Positions 1-8,753 are shown, counted from the stretch's first letter. The stretch: 32,000 nucleotides of DNA from Kordia sp. SMS9 (GCF_003352465.1 NZ_CP031153.1:2562987-2594986); one strand, 5' to 3'. Made by a program: numbers and translations. Notes: generated by a model from the sequence alone, not told the origin.

Positions 1-815
1 AGCCAGCAGTTGCTAAAATTGCGATTGAATGGTTTCAATCCAAATTCCAAAAAGCACTGGTAGCTTTGGAAGATCAATACAGCAAATACAGAATCTCGGA
101 TGCGTTAATGATTTCGTACAAACTCGTTTGGGATGACTTCTGTTCATGGTTTTTGGAAATGGTAAAACCAACGTATGGTTCGCCAATTGACCGAAAAACA
201 TACAACACGGTCATTTCACTATTTGAAGAGAATTTAAAAATTTTACATCCGTTTATGCCATTCCTTACGGAAGATATTTGGCAACGAATGGCAGATCGTT
301 CAAAAGAAGAAGCATTAATTGTTTCTAGTTGGCCAGAAAGTGCTGAAATTAAAGAGGAATTATTATCAGATTTTGAAATGATTCAAGACGTAGTTTCGGG
401 TATTAGAACGATTCGTAAAGAGAAAAATATCGCCAATAAAGATGCGATTTCATTAACGATTGTCAACAATGAAAAATCTACCACAAACTTAGATGCAGTG
501 ATTGCAAAACTAGGAAATGTAGAAAACATCAGCTACAGCGACGAAAAATTAGAAGGCGCGTTATCGTTCCGAGTAAAATCGAATGAATACTTTATTCCGA
601 TGGAAGGCGCGATTGATATTGACGCAGAAATTGAAAAACTGACCAAAGAATTGGAATATGTAGAAGGCTCGTTAAAAATCGTTCAAAAGAAACTTTCCAA
701 CGAACGTTTTGTAAACAATGCGCCAGAACAAGTGGTTGCCAACGAAAAGAAAAAAGAAGCAGACGCCATTGCGAAGATTGAAACGTTGAAAGCGAGTTTG
801 GCTTCTTTGAAGTAA
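1..815 (+). CDS. valS: valyl-tRNA synthetase, C-terminal part (5' end lies outside the window)
   Basis: Frame 3 is open from base 3, with no stop before the listed TTG at 66. The tail ...HPFMPFLTEDIWQ... ends in the coiled coil KLSNERFVNNAPEQVVANEKKKEADAIAKIE, which is typical of ValRS. Confidence 0.9.
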   Translation, partial: PAVAKIAIEWFQSKFQKALVALEDQYSKYRISDALMISYKLVWDDFCSWFLEMVKPTYGSPIDRKTYNTVISLFEENLKILHPFMPFLTEDIWQRMADRSKEEALIVSSWPESAEIKEELLSDFEMIQDVVSGIRTIRKEKNIANKDAISLTIVNNEKSTTNLDAVIAKLGNVENISYSDEKLEGALSFRVKSNEYFIPMEGAIDIDAEIEKLTKELEYVEGSLKIVQKKLSNERFVNNAPEQVVANEKKKEADAIAKIETLKASLASLK

Positions 816-974
816 TTTGTGATTTAGATCGCTACGCTATTAGATTTGAGACCGCTTCGCTGCTAGATCGCGCTCATGCGCTGTTAGACAGCTTTTGATT
901 GAAAGATTGCCTCTTACATCATTAAAGGAGGAAGCATGACGAAGTAATCTGTTTGTGTAGCAACAGATTGCCAC

Positions 975-1011
975 ACGTTTTTCATTTCGACAAGCTTAAT
1001 GTGAAAAACGT
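975..1011 (+). repeat. Hairpin repeat family F1 (conserved core TTCGACA[AG]GCT[TC]A[AG]TGTG), copy 1
   Basis: A 10-bp stem ACGTTTTTCA / TGAAAAACGT encloses the loop tttcgacaagcttaatg. The same core occurs at 7477-7508 and 17399-17430, and reverse-complemented at 1200-1223 and 1468-1492. Confidence 0.7.
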
Positions 1012-1173
1012 TCGCAAAGACGTTTCAGAGAAGTGTTTTGAAACGCAATAGATCAGCAATCTAAAATCGACAATCGTTAATTCTAAAGGTCACTTCGATT
1101 TCTATGGCAAAAGCAAGCGATTTTGATTAAAAGATTGAACTCACTAGTTTCTTTATTTTTCTTATTACTGTCC

Positions 1174-1324
1174 GTCACTTCGAGTGTTTTTTCGGAATAT
1201 TTTACATTGAGCGTAGTCGAAATAAAATGGAGAAAAAATGTATCGAGAAGTACTTTGAAACGATATATTTATCCAAGCAGATCTCGATACAAAATCTTTA
1301 CAAGATTTCACTCGATCAGACGTT
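1174..1324 (+). repeat. Composite structured repeat F2, copy a (carries a nested inverted F1-like insert)
   Basis: The modules appear in the same order as copy b: GTCACTTCGAGTG (1174-1186), TGTATCGAGAAGTACTTTGAAAC (1239-1261), AGATCTCGATACAAAAT (1280-1296) and ATTTCACTCGATCAGACGTT (1305-1324). Confidence 0.7.
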
Positions 1325-1511
1325 TTGAGTTTCAAGAAAATAGAACAACAAAAACCATGTACAGCAATAATTTTGTACGTGGTTTTTTGTTTTTACCACA
1401 AATTCAAGAATGTTTTAGTTTGTTTATGTGTGCTATTGAAAAATGATTTTTCTGCGTCCTGCTGAACTTTTACATTGAGTTTGTCGAAGTGTGATTCAGT
1501 CACACATCAAA

Positions 1512-1663
1512 AATCTGAAAATCAACAATCGTTAATCGTACATCAAAGCGTCACTTCGAGTGAATTTGTGGAACAAATTTGTATCGAGAAGTGCTTTGAA
1601 ACAAAAAGATTATACAAGTAGATCTCGATACAAAATTCGTCGAATTTCACTCGATCTGACGTT
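1512..1663 (+). repeat. Composite structured repeat F2, copy b (most compact full copy), preceded by the AATC[AG]ACAATCGTT module
   Basis: Outer stem CGAGTGAA (1557-1564) pairs with TTCACTCG (1646-1653). The inner hairpin is AATTTGT-gga-ACAAATT (1563-1579). A second stem pairs TTGTATCGAGA (1579-1589) with TCTCGATACAA (1623-1633). The leader module also occurs at 1058-1097 and 1675-1715. Confidence 0.7.
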
Positions 1664-1871
1664 AAAGTTTCCGTAGATCAACAATCGTTCATCATACATC
1701 CAAACCGTCACTTCAAGGAGCTTTCGAAGTGTTAGTCTCGTTAAAACAATAATCAGAATGTACTAATACCAATTAAACTATAAAATGCAACATATAAACT
1801 ATGATTCCTTTCTATACAGGAACAAGTCTAAGAGGAGCGATCTAAAAGCAAAGCAAGTCTAAAGAAAAAAT

Positions 1872-2135
1872 CTAATTATTCTCAAAATACGAATTCACCA
1901 ACTCAATGTATTCCTGTTTGGCTTCTTCAGGCGTAATGTTTTGTGTTTGTAAGAGTGCGTTCATTTTAAACGCATTGATAATTGGACGACTACTGCTAGG
2001 TTTGCCGTCATTATTGGTTGCACGTTTGTAATAGGCATACAAGCGCAATAAAAAATCTGCTGGGAAAGAATCCGTACAGTTATTGATGCGCGCAACCGCT
2101 TCAAAAAATTCTATGTCTAAATCAGAAACACTCAT
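1872..2135 (-). CDS. acyl-CoA-binding protein (ACBP family)
   Basis: 87 aa. LRLYAYYKRATNNDG matches the ACBP signature L-x-L-Y-x-x-YKQAT-x-GD. The gene overlaps the psd stop by 4 nt. Confidence 0.7.
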   Translation of the reverse strand: MSVSDLDIEFFEAVARINNCTDSFPADFLLRLYAYYKRATNNDGKPSSSRPIINAFKMNALLQTQNITPEEAKQEYIELVNSYFENN

Positions 2136-2782
2136 GATTTCATAGCAATGACGTCTACGCCACCTTTTACTGTTTGATTGAGTTGAATATTAAGTTTTGT
2201 GTCTAAAGGTAAAAACAAATCTACACGTGAGCCAAATTTAATAAATCCTGCATCTTCACCTTGCACAGCTTGTTCACCTTCTTCTGCATAGTTGATAATT
2301 CGTCGTGCCAATGCGCCTGCAATTTGTCGGTACAATATAGTTCCATAGGTTTCGTTTTCCACAACAATGGTGGTACGCTCGTTTTCTTCAGACGATTTCG
2401 GATGCCAAGCTACTAAGTATTTTCCTGGATGATATTTGCTGTATTTAATGGTTCCGCCAATTGCATAACGCGTTACATGCACGTTTATTGGTGACATAAA
2501 GATAGATACTTGCAAACGTTTGTCGTTAAAGTATTCTTTTTCAAATACTTCTTCAATCACCACCACTTTTCCATCTACAGGCGCAATCACGTGTCTGTCA
2601 TTTTTTTGTGTATCGCGTTTTGGGTTTCTAAAAAATTGTAGAATCAAAATTAAAAATACAACTGCAATTCCTTGCAATAGATATTTTACCCAAGCAACGT
2701 CAATTTTATCTGCGGTAAGCACAATAGCTGCCACGATGATAAATGTAACAATGATGATTTTATAGCCTTCTTTATGAAACAT
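2132..2782 (-). CDS. psd: phosphatidylserine decarboxylase proenzyme (short membrane-anchored form)
   Basis: An N-terminal TM pair is followed by a C-terminal GFIKFGSRVDLFLP, the region of the G-S self-cleavage site. It sits directly downstream of cdsA. Confidence 0.88.
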   Translation of the reverse strand: MFHKEGYKIIIVTFIIVAAIVLTADKIDVAWVKYLLQGIAVVFLILILQFFRNPKRDTQKNDRHVIAPVDGKVVVIEEVFEKEYFNDKRLQVSIFMSPINVHVTRYAIGGTIKYSKYHPGKYLVAWHPKSSEENERTTIVVENETYGTILYRQIAGALARRIINYAEEGEQAVQGEDAGFIKFGSRVDLFLPLDTKLNIQLNQTVKGGVDVIAMKS

Positions 2783-3593
2783 AATGTAATATCTTTAAAA
2801 ACAAATAAATAAATGGTGCTGAAAATATCATGCTATCCAATCGGTCAAAAATTCCGCCATGTCCAGGCATAATAGAGCCGCTATCTTTTACATTTGCTTG
2901 CCTTTTGAACTTTGATTGAATCAAATCGCCCATTGTTCCTATAGAACTAATGATGATTGCTAAAATAAGCCAACTGCTAAAATTTAAAGTTTCTGTAAAT
3001 TTAGCTATAAAATAACTAGCAACACAAGAAAAAAACAATCCGCCCAAAAAACCTTCTACGGTTTTCTTCGGTGAAATTCGAGCAAATAGTTTCTGTTTTC
3101 CAAAGTTTTTTCCCGTAATATAAGCAAACGAATCATTCACCCAAACTAAAATAAAACTTCCTAAAATGATGTAAGGTTCATACGTTTCTGTCGCATTCGG
3201 AATCAACAATAAAAATACAAAACTACTGCTCATGTAAAACGTAACTAGCAGGTATTTTTTGAATTGCGTTTGTGGAATTATTTTCTTGCTGAATAAATCA
3301 CGCATTAAAAATAGCGAGACAAATATGGAAAATACAAGGAGAATTAAGGTAGCTTCCTGAATTTTTATGTCGGGCTGCCATTGTTTCCAAAAGACGAAAA
3401 CGCTTAATGTTGTCAAAAAGATCAAATAGTGTAGGAAGCCGCTTAGATAGATAAGCTTGCTAAATTCATACATGCACAACAATCCAAAAATGGTAAACAC
3501 AGCAAAAATAGCTGATTGTGAGTAGTATACTGAAGTAATTAATAAGGTTACAAAAATTAATCCAGTTAAAGATCGGGTAAAAAGTTCTTTCAT
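2772..3593 (-). CDS. cdsA: phosphatidate cytidylyltransferase (CDP-diglyceride synthase)
   Basis: Polytopic membrane protein carrying the signature SKFKRQANVKDSGSIMPGHGGIFDRLDS. I place the start at MKELFTRS (3593) rather than the upstream extension to 3644, which would run into the previous gene. Confidence 0.9.
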   Translation of the reverse strand: MKELFTRSLTGLIFVTLLITSVYYSQSAIFAVFTIFGLLCMYEFSKLIYLSGFLHYLIFLTTLSVFVFWKQWQPDIKIQEATLILLVFSIFVSLFLMRDLFSKKIIPQTQFKKYLLVTFYMSSSFVFLLLIPNATETYEPYIILGSFILVWVNDSFAYITGKNFGKQKLFARISPKKTVEGFLGGLFFSCVASYFIAKFTETLNFSSWLILAIIISSIGTMGDLIQSKFKRQANVKDSGSIMPGHGGIFDRLDSMIFSAPFIYLFLKILHYVS

Positions 3594-3594
3594 T

Positions 3595-4203
3595 CTAGAG
3601 GTCTTCCAATAGCAGCAAATATAAGTTTTTTGAGCTACTTCCATAAGATAAAAAGTCCTTTTCTTCTTTTACTTGAAAATGTTTTATTGTAGTGATATTA
3701 CTTGGAATATTGGACTTGTATTTGTTCTTGATGCCGCGTAAACCTTCACCAATAGCCGCTTTGAGTTGACTTGTATGTGCAAGGATGACAAAATTATCAG
3801 GCAAATCGTTTAGTTTTTTTTCTTTGATTTGATTGGAACAAACTAAAATAGAACCATTGTCAGCAATGAGATACTCACAAGATGATAAGAAGAAACTAGC
3901 GTTCATATTGATGCGCGAGAACTTCATGTCGAAATTATCAAAGCGCTCTTGAAGTCGTTCATCAAAACATAAAACCTCTTTTGCTTCCCAGTTATTTTCT
4001 GCGAGAATATTTTCTAAACTATCATATACATCGGTAAAGGAATCACAGTATAGAAATTTTCCTCCATTTTTACGAAAATTGATCGTAAAACGCTCATCAA
4101 TAGGTAGTTCTATTTGAGGCATATATTTTCCACGCTGTGCCTCAGGATTGATATCCTGTTGCGGTTTGGATTTGGAGCCGAAAATTTTCTTGAAAAGACT
4201 CAT
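3595..4203 (-). CDS. LUD (LutC/YkgG-like, DUF162) domain protein
   Basis: 202 aa and soluble. Its size and its position between ftsH and cdsA fit the LUD-domain gene usually found here in flavobacteria. The family call is by eye only. Confidence 0.5.
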   Translation of the reverse strand: MSLFKKIFGSKSKPQQDINPEAQRGKYMPQIELPIDERFTINFRKNGGKFLYCDSFTDVYDSLENILAENNWEAKEVLCFDERLQERFDNFDMKFSRINMNASFFLSSCEYLIADNGSILVCSNQIKEKKLNDLPDNFVILAHTSQLKAAIGEGLRGIKNKYKSNIPSNITTIKHFQVKEEKDFLSYGSSSKNLYLLLLEDL

Positions 4204-4245
4204 GGAGTCAATTGTAGTTTAGAAATTGTAAAAATTAATGTAAAG

Positions 4246-4290
4246 ATAAAAAATCTCGAACTATACTAAAGATAATTCGAGACTTTTTAA
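4246..4290 (-). terminator. Rho-independent terminator after ftsH
   Basis: On the minus strand the stem TCTCGAA (4276-4282 reverse complement) pairs with TTCGAGA (4254-4260 reverse complement), with a 15-nt loop and a following U-run (plus-strand A-run 4246-4253). It lies 27 nt after the ftsH stop. Confidence 0.6.
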
Positions 4291-4316
4291 AAATTAATAT
4301 TTTGTTAATTTACATT

Positions 4317-6254
4317 TTATTCTTCTGAATCATCAGTTTCGTCAGCTTTTTCAAAAGGTCTTTTACCGAAAATTACCTGTAAATCATCTTTGAAAATAAC
4401 CTCTTTTTCTAGAAGCAACTCTGCAAGTTTTGTCAACTTATCTTTGTTTTGCTCTAAAATCTGAATCGCACGTTGATACTGATTTTCTATAATTTTAGAA
4501 ATTTCTTCATCAATCGTTTTTGCAGTTTCCTCGCTGTATGGCTTATTGAAACCACTATCGTTTCCACTTGAATCGTAATAGGTGAGGTTTCCAATTTTTT
4601 CATTCAAACCGTATACAGCTACCATCGCACGAGCTTGTTTGGTTACTTTTTCCAAATCGCTCAATGCACCTGTTGAAATTTTATTGAAGATTACTTTCTC
4701 CGCAGCACGTCCACCCAATGTAGCACACATTTCGTCTAACATTTGCTCTGTACGCACTAACATACGTTCTTCTGGTAAATACCAAGCTGCTCCAAGTGAT
4801 TGTCCTCTAGGTACAATCGTAACTTTTACCAATGGTGCAGCGTGTTCTACTAACCAACTCACTGTTGCGTGTCCAGCTTCATGGAAAGCAACCGTTTTCT
4901 TTTCTTCTGGTGTAATGATTTTATTTTTCTTCTCCAATCCACCCACAATTCTATCAACAGCATCCAAGAAATCTTGCTTTTCAACCGCTTTCTTTCCTTT
5001 TCTAGCGGCAATTAATGCAGCTTCATTACACACATTTGCAATATCTGCTCCAGAGAAACCTGGTGTTTGTTTTGATAAAAAGTCAGTATCTAAGTTATCT
5101 GCTTTTTTAAGTGGCTTTAAGTGTACTTCAAAGATTTCTTTACGTTCGCGGATGTCTGGTAAATCTACATAAATCTGTCTGTCAAAACGTCCAGCACGCA
5201 TCAAAGCTTTGTCTAAAATATCTGCACGGTTGGTTGCTGCCATTACGATGACGTTTGTATTGGTACCAAAACCGTCCATTTCTGTCAACAACTGGTTTAA
5301 GGTATTTTCACGTTCATCGTTAGAACCTGTAAAGTTATTTTTTCCACGGGCACGTCCAATCGCATCAATCTCATCAATAAAGATAATTGCAGGCGATTTT
5401 TCTTTGGCTTGCTTAAACAAGTCACGCACTCTCGATGCTCCAACTCCCACAAACATTTCTACAAAGTCAGAACCAGAAAGCGAGAAGAAAGGTACTTTTG
5501 CTTCTCCCGCAACGGCTTTTGCTAACAATGTTTTTCCTGTTCCTGGAGGTCCAACTAATAAAGCTCCTTTTGGAATTTTTCCACCTAGAGACGTATATTT
5601 TTCAGGGTTTTTTAAGAAGTCTACAATTTCTTGAACTTCTTCTTTGGCGCCTTCCAAACCAGCTACATCTTTAAATGATGTTTTCATGTCGGTTTTTTCG
5701 TCGAACAATTTTGCTTTCGATTTTCCAATGTTGAAAATCTGTCCACCAGCGCCGCCACCGCCGCCGCCAGACATTCTTCGCATGATAAATATCCAAACTC
5801 CGATAATGAGTACAAACGGTAAAATGCTTAGGATAACACTAGAAATAGTATTGTCTTGCTGATCGGAAGCAATCTCAAAGTCTAGACTTTTTTCTGTTTT
5901 GACTTCGTTTAAATAGGTTTCAAGATTCCTTAAATCTAAATATTTGATAGAAAAGTCAGGACTATCGCCCATCATAAAAATGCTCGATCTCTTATTGACA
6001 ATCCCTTTGTAAATATCTTTTTCTTCGGCACCTTGTTTTAAATAAATTCGTGCAATTTTTGAGTTTGTTACTACCTCAATTTTCTCAATATCGTTATAAG
6101 GAACAAGTTCTTTAAATTTAGAAAAAGTTACTTTGTCGCCTGCTCCAGAATCGTTTGAGAATACTAAAAAGAGGAGAAAAATTCCAATTAAACCATAAAT
6201 CCAGTATGGACTGAATTTTGGTTTTTTCGTCATGTTATTGTTGTCTTTTGCCAT
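4317..6254 (-). CDS. ftsH: ATP-dependent zinc metalloprotease FtsH
   Basis: Walker [19 protein letters not shown], Walker [10 protein letters not shown], the SRH region and the zinc site HEAGHA are all present. The start is placed at MAKDNNN (6254), after the rsfS stop at 6275. Confidence 0.97.
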   Translation of the reverse strand: MAKDNNNMTKKPKFSPYWIYGLIGIFLLFLVFSNDSGAGDKVTFSKFKELVPYNDIEKIEVVTNSKIARIYLKQGAEEKDIYKGIVNKRSSIFMMGDSPDFSIKYLDLRNLETYLNEVKTEKSLDFEIASDQQDNTISSVILSILPFVLIIGVWIFIMRRMSGGGGGGAGGQIFNIGKSKAKLFDEKTDMKTSFKDVAGLEGAKEEVQEIVDFLKNPEKYTSLGGKIPKGALLVGPPGTGKTLLAKAVAGEAKVPFFSLSGSDFVEMFVGVGASRVRDLFKQAKEKSPAIIFIDEIDAIGRARGKNNFTGSNDERENTLNQLLTEMDGFGTNTNVIVMAATNRADILDKALMRAGRFDRQIYVDLPDIRERKEIFEVHLKPLKKADNLDTDFLSKQTPGFSGADIANVCNEAALIAARKGKKAVEKQDFLDAVDRIVGGLEKKNKIITPEEKKTVAFHEAGHATVSWLVEHAAPLVKVTIVPRGQSLGAAWYLPEERMLVRTEQMLDEMCATLGGRAAEKVIFNKISTGALSDLEKVTKQARAMVAVYGLNEKIGNLTYYDSSGNDSGFNKPYSEETAKTIDEEISKIIENQYQRAIQILEQNKDKLTKLAELLLEKEVIFKDDLQVIFGKRPFEKADETDDSEE

Positions 6255-6274
6255 TAAATCAAAATGTAATTTTT

Positions 6275-6646
6275 TTAATAATTTGCTTGAATAGAAGTTA
6301 CTTTGGCATCTCCCCAAAGACCTTCAATGTCATAAAATTCTCTAATGTGTTTTTGGAAAACATGCACTACTACATTAACGTAATCCATAAGAACCCATTC
6401 TGCATTTTCTGATCCTTCTACGTGCCAAGGCTTATCTTTTAGTTCTTTGCTAACCATTTTTTGAACAGAACCCACAATGGCATTTACTTGAGTGTTAGAG
6501 GTACCATTGCATATAATAAAGTAGTCACAAACTGTGTTGTCTATTTCGCGTAAGTCTAAGATGGTGATATCATTTCCTTTTACTTCTTCAATCCCTTTTA
6601 TGATGCCTGAAATCAATTGATCAGTGCTTACCTTAGTTTTTGTCAT
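6275..6646 (-). CDS. rsfS: ribosome silencing factor RsfS (iojap-like)
   Basis: 123 aa with DYFIICNGTSNTQVNAI...WVLMDYVNVVVHVF, typical of RsfS. It lies immediately upstream of ftsH. Confidence 0.88.
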   Translation of the reverse strand: MTKTKVSTDQLISGIIKGIEEVKGNDITILDLREIDNTVCDYFIICNGTSNTQVNAIVGSVQKMVSKELKDKPWHVEGSENAEWVLMDYVNVVVHVFQKHIREFYDIEGLWGDAKVTSIQANY

Positions 6647-6737
6647 TCAATTATTTATATTTTATACAAAAGTATTACTTTTAAATGTTATTTGTAACTT
6701 CTTTGCGATAAGAATATTTAAAGTTTTCCAAACTACA

Positions 6738-7469
6738 ATGAAAATAATCAAACTTGATGCCATTGATTCCACCAATAGGTACTTACGACAGCTTCATTCG
6801 CAAGAAAAGCTAATCGATTTTACAATTGTCACTGCTGCAGTTCAAACAGCAGGGAAGGGACAAATGGGCACCAAGTGGAACTCAGAAAAAGGCAAAAACC
6901 TTACGTTTAGTGTGTTTAAACAGATTTCTTGTTTGGAAATTGTGGAGCAATTTTACATCAGTATGGCGACTTCTTTGGCAATTTATAAAGCACTAAAGCA
7001 TTTTCAAATTCCGAAATTAGCAATTAAATGGCCAAACGACATTTTGTCAGAGAATCAAAAGATATGTGGGATTTTGATAGAAAATGTCATACAAAATAGC
7101 AAAATGACAGCAGCGATTATCGGAATTGGCTTGAATGTAAATCAGACTAATTTTGATGTCAAGCTGAATGCTTCTTCACTTAAAAAAAGTACGGGAATTC
7201 ATTTTGATTTGGATGAAGTGTTATTTCACATTGCAGCTGAGTTAAAAAAATATGCCACTTTGATTACAGAACATTCTTTTACAGAACTGAAAACGGAGTA
7301 TGAATCGTTGTTATTCCGAAAGGATAAACCTTCTACGTTTCAAGATACGAATGGAAACTTATTTATGGGGTTTATAAAAGGCGTTGCCGAAGACGGAAAA
7401 CTCAATGTATTGCTGGAAGATGAGATTGTAACTGCCTTTGATTTGAAAGAAATTAAATTGATGTATTAG
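6738..7469 (+). CDS. birA: biotin--[acetyl-CoA-carboxylase] ligase (no HTH domain)
   Basis: MKIIKLDAIDSTNRYL and TAGKGQMGTKWNSEKGKNLTFS form the BPL catalytic core. The ATG at 6738 is preferred over the hydrophobic upstream extension from 6624. Confidence 0.85.
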   Translation: MKIIKLDAIDSTNRYLRQLHSQEKLIDFTIVTAAVQTAGKGQMGTKWNSEKGKNLTFSVFKQISCLEIVEQFYISMATSLAIYKALKHFQIPKLAIKWPNDILSENQKICGILIENVIQNSKMTAAIIGIGLNVNQTNFDVKLNASSLKKSTGIHFDLDEVLFHIAAELKKYATLITEHSFTELKTEYESLLFRKDKPSTFQDTNGNLFMGFIKGVAEDGKLNVLLEDEIVTAFDLKEIKLMY

Positions 7470-7476
7470 TTTAGAC

Positions 7477-7512
7477 GCGCTTCACTTCGACAGGCTTAGT
7501 GTAGGCGCTTTT
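7477..7512 (+). terminator. F1 hairpin repeat copy followed by TTTT, 8 nt after the birA stop
   Basis: gcgcttcac-TTCGACAGGCTTA-gtgtaggcgc followed by tttt. The core is the same as at 975-1011 and 17399-17430. Confidence 0.5.
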
Positions 7513-7628
7513 AGACTCGTCTTTTCCTGTTAGAATTTTAGAAGTGTTTTACTAGTTCTCTTATACCAATTTACATTTAAAATTCAACATTTAGCATTTA
7601 AAATTTTTAACAGAAAGCAGCTAAAAAC

Positions 7629-7666
7629 AAAAAAGCCGAATAAAGTTTCCTTCATTCAGCTTTTGT
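7629..7666. terminator. Bidirectional-looking terminator between convergent birA and the SRPBCC gene
   Basis: An A-run (7629-7634) precedes an imperfect 11-bp stem GCCGAATAAAG / CTTCATTCAGC (9 pairs) and then TTTTGT. Read on the minus strand, the stem is followed by TTTTTTGTTTTT. Confidence 0.5.
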
Positions 7667-7686
7667 AACCTATTATATTTTTTAAA

Positions 7687-8079
7687 TTATAATTTGCTCA
7701 TATTTTCAGCAAGTGTATTCACAAATTTTCCAATTGGTCCTTTGATCATCATTGCCATCATTGGATTGAATTTACCTTCAAATACTAACTGCGCTTCACT
7801 TTTTCCTGTGCCTGCTTCTTCAATATTTCCAGTCAATGTAAAAGGTAATTTGTCAGATGCAGCTCCTAAAACGACTTTATTTGGAGGCGTACTTTCTTTT
7901 AATTTTAAGATAATTTCTGGCATTCCTTTTAAAGCGAATACAAATTTTCCTTCTTCCAACACTTCAAACTTACTAATGCTTTCTGGCATTAATTTTTCAA
8001 AATTTTCAACATTCGTCAAAAAATCATACAATTCTTGAGGCGATTTGTCTACGCTTACTTTTGGGCTTTCTATATTCAT
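7687..8079 (-). CDS. SRPBCC (START/polyketide-cyclase-like) family protein
   Basis: 130 aa and soluble. The N-terminus SPQELYDFLTNVENFEKLMPE and the overall size fit small SRPBCC proteins. The call is by eye only. Confidence 0.55.
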   Translation of the reverse strand: MNIESPKVSVDKSPQELYDFLTNVENFEKLMPESISKFEVLEEGKFVFALKGMPEIILKLKESTPPNKVVLGAASDKLPFTLTGNIEEAGTGKSEAQLVFEGKFNPMMAMMIKGPIGKFVNTLAENMSKL

Positions 8080-8107
8080 CTAATTATTATTATTTTTTGG
8101 TATGTAA

Positions 8108-8752
8108 TCAATTTGCGTTCCAATTTGCAGGATCTTTTCGCCAATTTTCCAGCGTTTCTAATTCTGAAGCTGTAATATAATTGGTGTCTAACGCTTGCTC
8201 TAACAGATTTTCGTAGTTGCTTAATGTGTGTAAATTGACATTCGCATTTTTGAAGTTTTCTTTGGAAATATCAAAATTATACGAGAAAATCGCCACCATT
8301 CCTTTTACATTCACTTCTGCAGCATCTAGGGCTTTTACAGCATTTAAACTGCTTTTTCCTGTACTGATCAAATCTTCAACCACCACCACATTTTGTCCTT
8401 TTTGAAGAAATCCTTCAATTTGATTTTGACGTCCGTGTTTTTTTGCCTCTGGGCGAACGTATACAAAAGGAACACTTAAATACTCTGCTACCAAAATGCC
8501 AATTCCGATAGCGCCTGTAGCCACACCAGCGATCACATCAGGCTTTCCGTATTCTTTTTCAATGTGTTTTGCAAACTGTTCTCTCAAGTAGTTTCGTATT
8601 GGTGGAAACGATAGCGTGATGCGGTTATCGCAGTATATTGGCGATTTCCATCCGGAAGCCCACGTAAAAGGTTCTTGTGGTTGTAATTTAATTGCGTTAA
8701 TTTGCAACAACAATTCGGCAGTCTTTTTAGCTGTATTCTTATCAAAAATCAT
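8108..8752 (-). CDS. pyrE: orotate phosphoribosyltransferase
   Basis: FTWASGWKSPIYCDNR and the PRPP loop VVVVEDLISTGKSS are present. The start is placed at MIFDKNTAKK (8752). Confidence 0.92.
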   Translation of the reverse strand: MIFDKNTAKKTAELLLQINAIKLQPQEPFTWASGWKSPIYCDNRITLSFPPIRNYLREQFAKHIEKEYGKPDVIAGVATGAIGIGILVAEYLSVPFVYVRPEAKKHGRQNQIEGFLQKGQNVVVVEDLISTGKSSLNAVKALDAAEVNVKGMVAIFSYNFDISKENFKNANVNLHTLSNYENLLEQALDTNYITASELETLENWRKDPANWNAN

Positions 8753-8753
8753 A

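Larger units (their letters stand above)
816..1871. repeat. About 1.05 kb non-coding gap between convergent valS and ACBP genes, filled with nested dispersed repeats
   Basis: The only ORF is a 107-aa TTG-start ORF that runs through repeat copies. Several repeat modules occur 2-3 times each (details in the next features). The ends carry inverted TTAGATCGC copies at 824-832 and 1837-1845 (reverse complement). Confidence 0.8.

Noticed and set aside
1123-1446. 107-aa ORF on the plus strand inside the valS-ACBP gap
   Set aside because: It has a TTG start, a low-complexity hydrophobic or basic translation, and runs straight through repeat modules that also occur in non-coding contexts at 1512-1663 and 17471-17523. 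It is almost certainly not a gene.
816-1871. Possibility that the repeat-rich gap is a CRISPR array
   Set aside because: The repeats are several different modules with irregular spacing and mixed orientation. There is no single 25-40-nt unit separated by unique spacers of constant length, and no cas genes lie nearby.
3594-3644. N-terminal extensions offered by the ORF track (cdsA to 3644, ftsH to 6317, birA from 6624, pyrE to 8833, NUDIX from 8616, M14 to 11190, PASTA from 19216, secreted protein to 25923, lipoprotein to 28000, DUF885 to 30712)
   Set aside because: In each case an internal ATG gives a canonical N-terminus (a conserved family start or a signal peptide). The extension overlaps the neighbouring gene, a terminator hairpin or a divergent gene.
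5744-5770. GC-rich GCC/GCCGCC tract encoding the Gly run [11 protein letters not shown] in FtsH
   Set aside because: As far as I recall, a glycine-rich linker after the second TM is a normal feature of FtsH in this phylum. The tract is in frame and interrupted, so I do not regard it as a phase-variation site.
4582-5862. Long plus-strand ORFs (196, 141, 79 and 72 aa) antisense to ftsH
   Set aside because: These are shadow ORFs opposite a strongly supported, motif-rich gene. Their translations are low complexity (Ser/Pro/Phe-rich) with no motifs.
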